Shown in pieces: positions 9,991 through 21,448 of a stretch of DNA of 64,000 nucleotides. The notes under the pieces are model-generated. The model saw only the letters and a program-made list of their open reading frames with translations. It did not search any database and was not told the DNA's origin. The position numbers and the translations under genes were made by a program. The stretch covers positions 726,572 through 790,571 of the forward strand of contig JADJPB010000001.1 of the NCBI GenBank assembly GCA_016713445.1, written 5' to 3'. Within the stretch, counting starts at the first letter, position 1; every line of letters begins with the position of its first letter. The DNA comes from Bacteroidota bacterium. GTDB lineage: Bacteria; Bacteroidota; Bacteroidia; AKYH767-A; OLB10.

Positions 9991-11939
9991 TACATATCAA
10001 TCTCACCTTTGTTTTTAGCATCTACTTTGCCTCGATAACTGCACTCAAATTTATTTTTCACCAAGGCATAAGTACTACCACTGATATTTACCTTTCCAGC
10101 TTCCCCACTCGACTCCATCCGTGATGCAACGTTTACGGTATCGCCCCAGATATCGTAAGCGAATTTTGGGATCCTACAATTCCTGCTACAACAGGTCCAG
10201 AATGAATACCAATTCGGATTTCAAAAGGAGTCTTTCCTTCTTTTTCACTCTTTTGCTTATGCGCCGACATATATTGTTGAATTTCCAATCCTGCCTTAAC
10301 CACATCTAAAGGATGCGAAGTATTGGAAATAGGAAGACCGCCAACACACATGTAGCTATCGCCCATCGTTTTTATCTTCTCGATTTTATGGCGAGTAATT
10401 ATATCATCAAACGCCTTGAAACAAGTATCAATTTCCGCAACCAACACTTCCGGACTCAATTTTTCACTAATTTGTGTGAAGTCTTTGAAGTCGGTGAACA
10501 TGACCGTCACACTTTCAAATTGTTTGGCCTCAGCACTTCCTTTTGACTTCAACTCTTCAGCTACTTCAAGTGGTAAAATATTTAAGAGTAAGTCATCACT
10601 TCTCTTTTTACCAGATCTGATTTTGTTACGTTGGTTTAAGAATATGATGGCAAATAATGCCACCACCGCAAATACAATCATTAAACCATCTCGAATTAAT
10701 TTCTGCTTTTGTATTTCTTTTTTTGCTAAGGCATCTTTTTTATCTTGTTCGGCTCTGGTTAAACTTTCCTTCTTATCAAAATCATATTGCATCTGCGCTT
10801 GCACCAATTTTCGGGTGTTTTCTTCACTAAATAAACTGTCGCGGGTGGAAATAAATAATTTGTAATGCGAAAAAGCATTTGCAAAGTCGCCTTTAGCACT
10901 ATCCAGCTTGACCAAAACTTCATAGTTGGATTTCAAATTATCTAAGCTTCCAATTTCTTTTGAAAGGTTTAGTGATTTAGTAAGGTAGTTTTCCGATTCC
11001 TTTAAATCTTTCTTTTTAAAATAGGCGGTACCAATATTTAAAAATGTTCCCGACATTCCTTCTTTATCTTCAATCTTAGTTTGATAGTTGACAGCTTCAA
11101 AAAGGTTTTTTAGGGCTTCATCATATTTTCCCAAGTTAATATAGATCTCTCCAATATTATTATAGGAGATGGATATTCCATCATCATTCTTCATTTCTTT
11201 CTGGAGAGCCAATGCATCTACATAGTACTGAAGTGCCTTTTCGTATTTGCCTTCATCTGCATAAACATTTCCTAAATTATTATAGGAGGAAGCAATGCCT
11301 TGTTTTTCACTAATCTCTTCAAATATTTTAAGTGAGGTTAGATAGTTTTTCTCAGCAGAAATCACATCGCCTTGCTCCACATTAATAATTCCAATATTTC
11401 CGTACAAGACAGCAATGCCATATTTATTTCCTATCTCCTCCATAGTTTTTAGAGAAGCTAAATAGTTTTCCAATGCTTTCGAATAATTTCCTTGATTCCA
11501 ATAAATGATTCCAATACTATTGTAACAGGCAGCAATGCTCGTTTTACTCCCGAGTTCTTTGTTTTGCTGCAATGATAAATTTTGGTGAGCAATTGCTGAT
11601 GGATAATCTCCTTTGTCCATAGCGATATTTCCAAAGCAATAATTTGCATTAGCAATACCTTGAGGATAATTTATTTTTCTGAAAGAGCCTTTAGTTGATG
11701 TGCGTAATCGATTGCTTTTTGAGGATCATTTCTAAGTAAGCTTTTGAAATGCTAAATAGAATTTTGGCCTTTGTTGAATCGAAAAGTGGAGTAATATCTT
11801 CGGAAGTTTTACTTTTTCGCTCATCGTGAGCTATGAGCTGTCTATTTAGTGAATCAAGCAGTCCTTTTTCTTGAGAAAATACGATGAGCGGAAAAAGAAT
11901 AAAAGCCAAGAATACGTAGATTTTTTTCATAGTGAACAA
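9978..11939 (-). CDS. signal peptide + TPR repeats + TM helix + class III adenylate/guanylate cyclase, with at least 4 frameshifts
   Basis: MFTMKKIYVFLAFILFPLIVFS signal peptide; many TPR units (…YNNLGNVYADEGKYEKALQYY…); a TM helix (LMIVFAVVALFAIIFL); a cyclase catalytic domain (FTDFKDFTQ…TMGDSYMCVGG…IRIGIHSGPVVAGIVG | IPKFAYDIWGDTVNVASRMESSGEAGKVNISGSTYALV…). Fragments are the 82-aa ORF, two short frame switches near 11640-11700, the 495-aa ORF, and a C-terminal extension beyond 10133 after a shift at about 10173. Confidence 0.8.
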
Positions 11940-11959
11940 ATATCATATTCTTAAATACT

Positions 11960-13482
11960 TCAACTTGTTTCTAAGGCATCATCATCTTTTTTAGAAGTTG
12001 AAGTGTCCTGCTTTTCATCACCTTTTAAATAGGTAGGTAGGTTTAGTCCAGCCATATTAAATAAATCATTTAATGGAGGTACTGTCTTCATCATTCCAGC
12101 AACAAAGTTTGCAGTGGATGTATTCCCATCACCATTTTGACCATTTCCTGAATCCCAAACTGTAATTTTATCAATTTTAATATTTTTAACAGCTTCTACC
12201 TGTGTTCTTACTAACTCGGGTAGTTTTTCAATTAAGAGTAATTGAAATGCTTTTGTTGGATCACCACCTGCTGCTGCCACTACTTCTTTATAACCTTCAG
12301 CTTGTTTCGTCAATATTTCAAATAAACCTTTTGCTTCTGCTTCCATCTTTGCAAATATGGCATCTGCTTCCCCTTTTGCATTTTCACGAATAGTTTCTGC
12401 TTGAGCTTGTGCTTCAATGATCGCTCTTTGCTTGGCTATTTCAGCAGGAACAACAATATTAGCGATCTGTGTGGAGCGCTCTCTTTCTGAACGTGCAAGT
12501 TCTGCTTTTTGCTCTGCAACATAGGATTCTTCCAAAGCTTTTGCTTGTTGAACTTTTCTGCTGTGATGGCAATACGTAACGATTCCGCTTCCTTTTCACG
12601 ACGTAAAGCTTCTGAATTAGCGATAGCAATTTTTGCTTCGTTTTCTCCCTTTATTGCTATAGCATTGGCTTCGGAAGTTTTTACACGTGTATCTCTATCT
12701 GCTTCTGCTTTTCCGATGGTTTCATCTTTTACAGCTGTTGCAATGCTAATTTCTTTATCTTTTTGAGTGATGGCAATTTTTACATCACGGTCTCTATGTG
12801 TTTCTGCAATCTGAGTATCTTTTTCTCTATCGGCGATTGCCTTCCCAGTTTCTCCAATCTTTTCTTGTTCCGCAACACTGATCTTAGCTTCGTTTATTGC
12901 TTTTGCAGCAGCCTCCTTTCCTAAAGCTTCAATATAACCTGATTCATCTTTAATATCCGTTACGTTAACGTTGATAAGTTTTAATCCGATCTTTTTGAGT
13001 TCGCTATCGACGTTCTTGGAAATATTGTCCAAAAATTTGTCTCTATCAGAATTGATTTCCTCGATGGTCATCGTGGCAATAACCAAACGTAATTGACCGA
13101 AAAGAATATCTTTTGCTAGTTCTTGAATTTGCTCCGAGGTTAATCCTAACAAACGCTCTGCAGCTGTATTCATACTATCAGCTTCAGTTGATATTGCAAT
13201 GGTAAATCGACAGGGAACATCAACACGAATATTTTGTCGACTTAACGCATTTGTTAAATTAGCTTCTATAGATAAAGGCTTCAAATCCAGAAATGCAAAA
13301 TCCTGGATCACCGGCCAAATAAAAGCGCCTCCTCCATGTACACACTTCGCGGAAGTACCACCTGTTCTACCATAAATGACTAAAATTTTATCGGATGGAC
13401 ATCTTTTATACCTTGAAACCAAGGCAGAAATGGTTACGAACAGAACAATTGCTGCAACAATAATGAGAATAATAGGAGACAT
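11960..13482 (-). CDS. flotillin-like SPFH/band-7 protein (YqiK/FloA family), frameshifted near 12480
   Basis: N-terminal TM segment then an SPFH domain (…VIYGRTGGTSAKCVHGGGAFIWPVIQDFAFLDLKPLSIEANL…), followed by a long A/E/K-rich coiled-coil tail that continues into the 191-aa ORF. Confidence 0.8.
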
Positions 13483-13525
13483 AATTTTAAATTTAAATTT
13501 TTTCTACAATAAGAATATTATTATT

Positions 13526-14070
13526 TTAAATTCGAACAACCTTTACCACTGAATTCGATGGAATGGAATCGCCTTCTGTTATTGCATCTAACTCATGAAA
13601 GGAACCTTTAACGCTGATCATGATTTTTCCCTTTCCAGATTTATTTCCAGGAATCGTTAAATAAACTTCAGCGGAATGATTTATCGTATTGGCAATTTGA
13701 AAAGAATTATCTTCTGCCAATCTTTGGACTTGCTTAATGATGGTGAGAAAAAAAGTAAGACAAATACAATTCCAATTACAAGTGATAGTACAATTAATAA
13801 GGTTTGATTCTGAATAGTCGAGTATAATGAAATTCCTGTCCAACTAAATCCCAATAGGAAATTTATTAAATTTCTAAAAGAAAAAAGTTGAAAAGGAGCA
13901 TGTTCACCCGTTAAGTCTCCATCAAAGTCTGCATTTATACCATCCGAAGTATCAGCCCCCGTAAAAGTCATTATTGATTGAATTACAAAAATAATACTTG
14001 TCGGAATAGCCACATACCAATAGGTCCTTAATAGCAACTCCATATTTTCAAAGATTTCCATACTTGTCAA
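13526..14070 (-). CDS. NfeD/YqiJ-like membrane protein, the usual partner of flotillin; frameshifted
   Basis: 129-aa membrane N-terminus plus a C-terminal OB-fold-like segment (…MISVKGSFHELDAITEGDSIPSNSVVKVVRI) in a second frame; lies immediately upstream of the flotillin gene, as in yqiJ-yqiK. Confidence 0.6.
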
Positions 14071-14355
14071 ATTTAGTTGATTTTCTCAATTGTTCAAATG
14101 TAAGATTGATATTATTATTACTTCTTGGCCAATTGTAGAATTGGCTTAAAAGTATCTAAAAATAAGAATAAATTGTGATTAGAACTCCTCTACAAATGGA
14201 CAATTTATCATTGGAATTGAGACATATAATAAGCTAATCAGTTATTTTTAGGATGCAAAAAGGCTGGATAATTTCAAAGTTAGACTTGTGTCCTGTTACC
14301 TTTTAGGGGAAATACATCAAGGGCCTTGTTCAAAAAAAAAGATATTACTCGATTA

Positions 14356-15417
14356 TTAGGATCTAATTTTCCGTCGATCTAACTCTCTCTGAAACTTACG
14401 AGCATTGATTAAATGTTGAATATAATTCTTGGCAAAAGAATGATATCCTGAAAAATCCTCCCGAGCACAGAAGAACATAAAATCATGTTTGGTATAATTT
14501 AGTACCGCATCTACAGATGATATGGCAGGCATACAGATGGGACCTGGCGGCAAACCCGTGTACAAATAGGTATTGTAAGGTGAATCGATTTCTTTATGTT
14601 CATTGAGTACCCTTCGAATGGTAAAATCGCCCGAGGCATAAACCAAAGTAGGATCTGCTTCCAACTTCCAGCCTTTCAAATATCGATTCATATATACACC
14701 CGCGATAATGGGTTTTTCGTCATTTCTTCTCGTTTCCTTGTCTACAATGGATGCCAATACGCAAACCTGACTTTGTGTTAAACCTATATTTTTTGCTTTT
14801 GCTTTTCGTTGATCGGTCCAAAACTTTTTATATTCTACACTCATCCTTTCAAAAAATTCTTCAGCAGATGTGTTCCACTTGAATTCATAAGTATTCGGAA
14901 TCATTAAGCATAAACTATTTTCCTGAGTCAATCCGTATTTTGCTAAATATGCTTTGTCTTTAAAAAGAAAAGCAATGGATGCTGAATCCGCCTCAATCTT
15001 CCCTCCTACAGCACCTGCTAAATCGTAGCTTGTTCTCAAATTGTTAAAAGTTAATTTGACCGGAATTTGCTTTCCCGACCGCAGTAAAGAAACAATCTCT
15101 TTATTGCTCATCTTATTTTTTAACTGATATTTTCCAGGCTTCACATGATTCGAATAGTTCATTTTTTGAGCTACCCACATGAAGGCTTCACTATCGTCAA
15201 CCAATCCTTCTTCCTCTAAATATTGAACTACATCATCAATGTTGGATCCAGTGGGAATATAAATGATTTGATCTTTCTTGTTATCAAAAATATTGGGTGC
15301 ATAAATTTTCTGATAGAAACCCCAACCAATAATGAAAATGGAGATAAGTATAACGGCTCCAAAAGCTTGAAGAAATCGCTTTCCCCCTTGACTCATCTTA
15401 CTTTTTTTCTTCGCCAC
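14356..15417 (-). CDS. mltG: endolytic murein transglycosylase MltG (YceG family)
   Basis: 353 aa; N-terminal TM segment; YceG-like fold (…YNTYLYTGLPPGPICMPAISSVDAVLN…). Confidence 0.75.
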   Translation of the reverse strand: MAKKKSKMSQGGKRFLQAFGAVILISIFIIGWGFYQKIYAPNIFDNKKDQIIYIPTGSNIDDVVQYLEEEGLVDDSEAFMWVAQKMNYSNHVKPGKYQLKNKMSNKEIVSLLRSGKQIPVKLTFNNLRTSYDLAGAVGGKIEADSASIAFLFKDKAYLAKYGLTQENSLCLMIPNTYEFKWNTSAEEFFERMSVEYKKFWTDQRKAKAKNIGLTQSQVCVLASIVDKETRRNDEKPIIAGVYMNRYLKGWKLEADPTLVYASGDFTIRRVLNEHKEIDSPYNTYLYTGLPPGPICMPAISSVDAVLNYTKHDFMFFCAREDFSGYHSFAKNYIQHLINARKFQRELDRRKIRS

Positions 15418-15425
15418 GCTGCAAT

Positions 15426-17431
15426 TTATTCTAAACTTTTGAGTGCGGCTTTCGCTTGTTGATTGCTCGGATTTATTTTCAACACCTGTTGCACGGACTT
15501 AATAGCCATCGCTTTATCGTTCTGTAACATATAAGCGTTGGCTTTATTCAACAAAGCTAATTCATAATCGGGATCTAATTTTAAAGCCTTATCAAAAAAC
15601 GATTGTGCCAGCTTTATATTTCTTTCTTGCATTAAAATAAAATACCCCATATTGCAAAAACCTGGTGAAAAGTAGGGATGCTCTTTATTCAGTAGCTGGA
15701 ATAGTTCTTTTGCACGAACAAAGTCACCTGTTTTGGCCAATGCATTCGCATATTTATTCGTAAATTCTGCAGATAAAGGCGCAAGTTGATAAGCATTTTT
15801 AAACCAAAGCAATGCATTTTTTGAAACTCCTAGGGATTGATATGATTCACCAATACGGTAGGATGTCCAAGCATCTTTATTAGCTAATGATGGCTTATTT
15901 AGTTTGCTCAGAAGATTAGGAATTCGTTCCACATACTTTGCAATTAACGGTGAATTTCCTTTTAAGTAGGCAATTTGCACCAACTGATGAATATTCTTTT
16001 CCAATGAAATTTCAGTTTCGTCACTCACATATTTTAATGCGGAATCCAATAAGCTTTTGTCTAATCCGAATTTTTCTACATAATTGATATAGGCTTGTGC
16101 TTTTACTTGATCTGAGGTTTCCTCATTATTGATACAGGCAATTCCAATAAACGCTCTTAGTTTACCTGGATCCACTACTACTTCTTTATGAACTCCAATG
16201 CGATGATCATGGACACTTACATGCGGAATATCCGTCGCACCATGTTGTGGCATGTGACAACTTATACAATTGTCGGCGTTCTTTTTTCTGACCTCCAATT
16301 TTTCAGTACACAATGGATCTTTTCCAATTTGATGGCAGTTCGAGCAGGCCGCATTGAAAATGGATTTATCCGTCTTTTTCACTGATACATGAGGATTGTG
16401 GCAAGTGATGCAGGTCAACCCATTTTTGAATGGATGAAGATCATTTTCTGAATGTTTTAATTTTTCTCTTGCCGAAACTGCCAAAAGCATTTGCTTAATT
16501 TCAATCTCTCCGCATGGGAAGCCATGATGTGCTGCTCTTCGTTGTCTTTATAAACGGGCATGAAAACATTCATTACTTCTGATAATTTCATTCCTGGCTT
16601 AAAATCAAAAAATGATTTTCCCTCATTCAATACCACGTTTCCTTGTATATGGCAACGTTGACATAAATCGAATTGTAAGTCAATGGGAAGTTTAGATGGA
16701 TTTACGATGGAATAATCAATGTACTTGGATGTATCAATCAGCATTCCAGACGATTTTTCTTTTACATGAATACTTCCTGGACCATGACAGCGTTCACAAT
16801 CAATTCAATTTTTCACGAGCTTAAATTTGTTTTCGGATCCAGGTACAAACTCCGGATATGCATTGTGACAACTCATGCATTCTAATCCAATTTTTCGTCC
16901 AAATCGAGTGTTGTTCCCATCTTCAAACCCAGGAGGTAAATCCCACTTCCCTTTTTGAGTATAGAATGTCATGGGCGCCTGAAATAAATAGCCATTGCTT
17001 TCCCATATATGCGAGTTAGTGTGTTGACCAGATCCTACAATGTATCGAATATTTTCTTCTCGACTAAAAATAGTGTCTCTCCCTTCCATTCTAAATTCTT
17101 TAAAAAAGAGAGAGTCGCCTTTCCAATAAGGGTGATAATATAAATTTTTAGCAGCATCATAAATTTGAGGATGTCCAGAAAAATTGCCAGAAGATTTTTT
17201 CTTACTTGCCACATCGAACGACATACCCATTCCAGTATGACTAAATGATTCATGAACTCCGCTGTGACAGCCTTTGCAGGTTTCCATACCTACGTACTTT
17301 GCAGAGTCACTCAACCCGGCATAAGTGGTTCGTTCTTTTCCTCTGTTTTTTCGGTGAATTACAATACCAATTAAAAAGCACAAGGAAAAAATAGTTAGGA
17401 CAAAACCAATAAATATAAGTTTCCTTTTCAA
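15426..17431 (-). CDS. multiheme c-type cytochrome with C-terminal TPR repeats (split into 3 ORFs by 2 frameshifts)
   Basis: Six CxxCH motifs (CKGCH, CMSCH, CQRCH, CITCH, CSNCH, CISCH); N-terminal TM segment; TPR-like C-terminus. ORFs 16805-17431, 16457-16744 and 15426-16490 are collinear. Confidence 0.75.
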
Positions 17432-17433
17432 GA

Positions 17434-17979
17434 TTATACAATTACGGAAGGTCGAATAAGTTGAAGTACGGTAACATTATGCCATTTGCCATCATACGCA
17501 ATCCAATCCCGCATCACTCCGCAAGTTCTGAATCCAACTTTAGAAAACAAACGTAAACTCCCTTCGTTTCGATTGTCGATATGGCAAAAAAGCTGATGTA
17601 AGTTGAGGGTATTAAAACTATGTTTCACCAATAGTGAAAGAGCTTCGGCAGCATATCCTTTTCTTCGTTGTGTTTTATCTCCGATTAAAATTCCTACGCC
17701 TGCACGACGATGGAGTTGGTCGAAATCAAATAAATCGATATATCCAATGGTCATTTCCATCCCTGGAACTTCGGTGATGATTTCAATAGCAAGTCTCAAT
17801 TGCTTGGCTACAAAAATATCTTGTGTTGCATTTGCGTAATATTGTTCTAACGTATATTTTGAATAAGGTGTCAACGTTCCACTCACCGGCCAAACTTCGG
17901 GGTCGTTTTCATAAATCATCATTAAATCGACGTCTTTCGGCTCCAGCGCTCTCAGTAATATGCTATTCCCTCTTATCAT
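17434..17979 (-). CDS. GNAT family N-acetyltransferase
   Basis: 181 aa; acyl-CoA N-acyltransferase motifs (…RRKGYAAEALSLLVKHSF…). Confidence 0.65.
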   Translation of the reverse strand: MIRGNSILLRALEPKDVDLMMIYENDPEVWPVSGTLTPYSKYTLEQYYANATQDIFVAKQLRLAIEIITEVPGMEMTIGYIDLFDFDQLHRRAGVGILIGDKTQRRKGYAAEALSLLVKHSFNTLNLHQLFCHIDNRNEGSLRLFSKVGFRTCGVMRDWIAYDGKWHNVTVLQLIRPSVIV

Positions 17980-18794
17980 AATTTTATGTTTCCTTCATAA
18001 ACAAAGGTGGCAGGTCCTACCAAGCGAATTTCTGTCAATGCATTTTCGCTTCTATTAAATGTTACTGTTAAGGAGCCTCCTAATGTTTTAATATTTACGG
18101 ATTCGATTTGCTTCTTTTGTTTATTAAATAAATCTGCACTGACTAATGCTGCGGCAGTAACACCTGTACCACAACTTAACGTTTCATCTTCCACACCACG
18201 TTCGTAAGTACGAACCATGATTCCATCTTTCTATTCTTCTACAAAATTAATATTGGTTCCTTCTTTTTTAAATTCATCATTATATCGCACTACTCTTCCT
18301 CCTTCTACTACATTCATCGACTCAATGTTTTTTACACGAGTAACATAGTGTGGAGAACCCGTATTTAAATAGTAATCTTTATTTCTTTTTTCGACTACTG
18401 AAACGTCGTTCATTCTTAGGGAAATAATATTTCCAGGAAGTACGTCTGCAGAATGTTCACCATCTATTGCCAGAAATTTAGTAGTCAATCCAATGTACTT
18501 TTTCGCAAAAGCAAAATGTACTAAACACCTGGCGCCATTTCCACACATGGAGCTGGGCAGCCCATCTGAATTGAAGTAGATCATTTCAAAATCATAGGAC
18601 GGGTGTTTTGTGATGATCATCAATCCATCGGCACCGATCCCAAATCTGCGGTCACAACAAAACTTCACTTGATCAACGGATAACGATATTTCTGTTTCCC
18701 ATCCGTCTAAAATAATAAAGTCGTTCCCAGTCCCTTGGTATTTATTAAAACTCAATTCCATCGTTGTAAAGTTAGTGATTTTTAAACATCTCAA
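17976..18794 (-). CDS. dapF: diaminopimelate epimerase, frameshifted near the C-terminus (about 18220)
   Basis: MELSFNKYQGTGNDFIILDG…MCGNGARC…; the C-terminal 80 aa (…SCGTGVTAAALV…) sit in a second frame. Confidence 0.85.
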
Positions 18795-18912
18795 GAGTGC
18801 TCAATCTCATAGACTTAATCTGTTAAATCCCTGTTAAATTCATTTTAGATTCATTTTTTTGAAAATATTTTTGCCACCGTAAACGTATTAAATAATATAA
18901 AAAAATAATATT

Positions 18913-20363
18913 ATGAAATCGAAATTAAACGGAGTTCTATTGGTTGCGCTTGCGCTTACCGCCGGAATGTTAGGAGCTGGAATTGTAAATCATTATGAAG
19001 ATCATTCAACAACTTCACATCAAGGGCTTGAGAAAAAGTATAGTCCGTTTCAGGCAGTAAATTATTCGGGACCATTATCGGCACCCACCGATTTTGTTAT
19101 TCCTGCGGAAGCTTCTGTTCCCACAGTCGTGCACGTCACCACTACTTATCCAAAACAAAGTGGATTTAATAATCAATTCATGGATCCCTTTAATTTCTTT
19201 TGGGGACAACCGAATCAAAGAGAAATGCCACAACAGCAAAGTACAGGATCAGGGGTGATCATTTCTGATGATGGGTACATCGTCACCAACAATCATGTAG
19301 TAGAAAATGGTGAAGAAGTGAATGTGACATTGGATAATAAAGAGTCGTACAAAGCAAAAGTCATCGGCTTAGACCCTTCTACCGATTTGGCGCTATTAAA
19401 AGTTGAAGCCCAAAACCTTCCTTATGCGGCATGGGGAAATTCTGATCAAGTGAAGGTGGGTGAATGGGTATTAGCGGTCGGAAATCCTTTTAATTTAACT
19501 TCTACTGTTACTGCTGGAATCATTTCCGCAAAAGCAAGAAACATACACATCTTACCTAACCAAAAATTTCCAATTGAGTCATTTATTCAAACGGATGCTG
19601 CTGTAAATCCAGGTAATTCAGGAGGTGCATTAGTCAATACCCGTGGTGAATTGATTGGAATTAATGCAGCCATTGCATCCAACACAGGTTCCTACTCAGG
19701 ATACTCATTTGCCATTCCTGTAAACATTGTGAAAAAGGTGGTGAATGATTTGATGGAATACGGGACCGTACAACGAGGATTCATTGGTGTCAGCATTCGC
19801 GATGTAGACGCACAATTTGCGAAGGAGAAAGAGTTAAAATCATTACAAGGAGTTTATATTAATGGATTGACAGAAGAGGGTGCCGCAGCTTCTGCTGGAA
19901 TAAAAGAAGGGGATGTGATAACATCCATCAATGGAATTCCAATTAAGACTTCTCCAGAATTGCAAGAGCAAGTTGGACGTTACCGCCCAGGGGATAAAAT
20001 TGATGTGACCGTGATGCGCAACGGAAACGAAAAGTATATGGGGTTACTCTTCGCAACAAGGATGGAAACACCAAAGTCGTGAAGAATGAATCCATTTCCC
20101 TCTTAGGGGCTACATTAACACCTCTTTCCGATAATGATTTAGATAAGTTAAAACTCTCTAAAGGGGTAAAAGTAAAGGATCTGACTACTGGTAAATTAAA
20201 AAGTGCTGGGATTAAGGAAGGATTTATCATCACATCTATCGACAATCAGCCTGTAGGAAGTGTTGAAGATTTGACAGATTATTTAAACAATAAAAAAGGC
20301 GGAGTTCTCATAGAAGGAATTTATCCAAATGGAATGAGAGCCTATTATGGATTCGGCATGTAA
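18913..20363 (+). CDS. htrA: periplasmic serine endoprotease DegP/HtrA (Do family) with two PDZ domains; frameshifted at about 20050
   Basis: Signal/TM segment; trypsin-like domain (GSGVIISDDGYIVTNNHVV, GNSGGALVN); the first PDZ is in the 389-aa ORF and the second in the 94-aa ORF. Confidence 0.85.
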
Positions 20364-20382
20364 TTTGAGGTCGGGGTATTTG

Positions 20383-20413
20383 AAAAGGACGCTTCTTAGC
20401 GTCCTTTTTTTAT
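20383..20413 (+). terminator. rho-independent terminator after htrA
   Basis: aaaggacgcttcttagcgtcctttttttattt. Confidence 0.6.
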
Positions 20414-20503
20414 TTCCATCCTTTGGACGATTATAATATTTTTCACCTATATTTGTTTTACACAACAGCCACGACAATTTTAGTTTTTAAAAATATCACT
20501 AAA

Positions 20504-21369
20504 ATGCGTCAATTAAAAATTAGTAAGTCGATCACCAATCGGGAGAGTGCTTCTTTAGAGAAGTATCTTGCCGATATTGGAAAAGAACCAATGATCCCTG
20601 CTGAGGAAGAAGTTCGATTAGCAAAACTCATTAGAGAGGGTGATGAGGAAGCTTTTGATAAATTAACACGAGCTAATCTACGCTTTGTTGTTTCTGTAGC
20701 TAAGCAGTATCAAAACCAAGGGTTGAGTTTGCGGATCTTATTAATGAAGGGAACTTGGGTTTGATTAAATCTGCAAAACGTTTTGATGAAACGCGAGGAT
20801 TTAAATTTATTTCATATGCAGTTTGGTGGATTCGACAACGTATTTTGCAAGCGATTGCTGAACAAAGTCGTATTGTGCGATTGCCCTTAAATCAAATTGG
20901 TTCGCTTAGTCGAATCAGTAAAGCCTTTAGTAAACTGGAGCAAGAGTACGAACGTGAACCATCGTACGAAGAGATTGCAAAACTAACTGACTTACCTCTT
21001 GATAAAATAACAGATGCCTTGAGAATTTCAGGTCGACATGTTTCGATGGATGCGCCATTTGTACAGGGGGAGGACAATACTTTGCTGGATGTCATCGAAA
21101 ACCACGAATCACCCAGTGCCGACGTGCAATTAATAAATGAATCCTTGCGAAAAGAAATAGAACGTTCTTTAAGTGTTTTAACAGAAAGAGAATGTGAAGT
21201 AGTAAAATTATTTTTTGGTATTGGGGTTGGACACGGATTAACATTGGAGGAAATTGGTGATAAATATGGAATCACCAGAGAACGTGTTCGACAGATAAAA
21301 GAAAAAGCACTTCGTCGACTTCGACATAAAAGCAAGAATAATATTTTGAAATCATTTTTGGGAGATTAA
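20504..21369 (+). CDS. second sigma-A-type (group 1-like, short-form) sigma-70 paralog, with a 1-bp deletion (gg to g, about 20737)
   Basis: [29 protein letters not shown]…[14 protein letters not shown] | (A)[35 protein letters not shown]…[27 protein letters not shown]. Roughly 70-75% identical to rpoD at 4803. Confidence 0.85.
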
Positions 21370-21395
21370 TTAAAATTATTGTTCCTCCCAAATTC

Positions 21396-21432
21396 CCATA
21401 AAAAAAGGCTGGCGAACCTCGACAGCCTTTTT
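21396..21432. terminator. bidirectional rho-independent terminator between the sigma paralog and the gap-like gene
   Basis: aaaaaaaggctggcgaacctcgacagcctttttttat. Confidence 0.55.
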
Positions 21433-21448
21433 TTATACTAGTTGGTGT

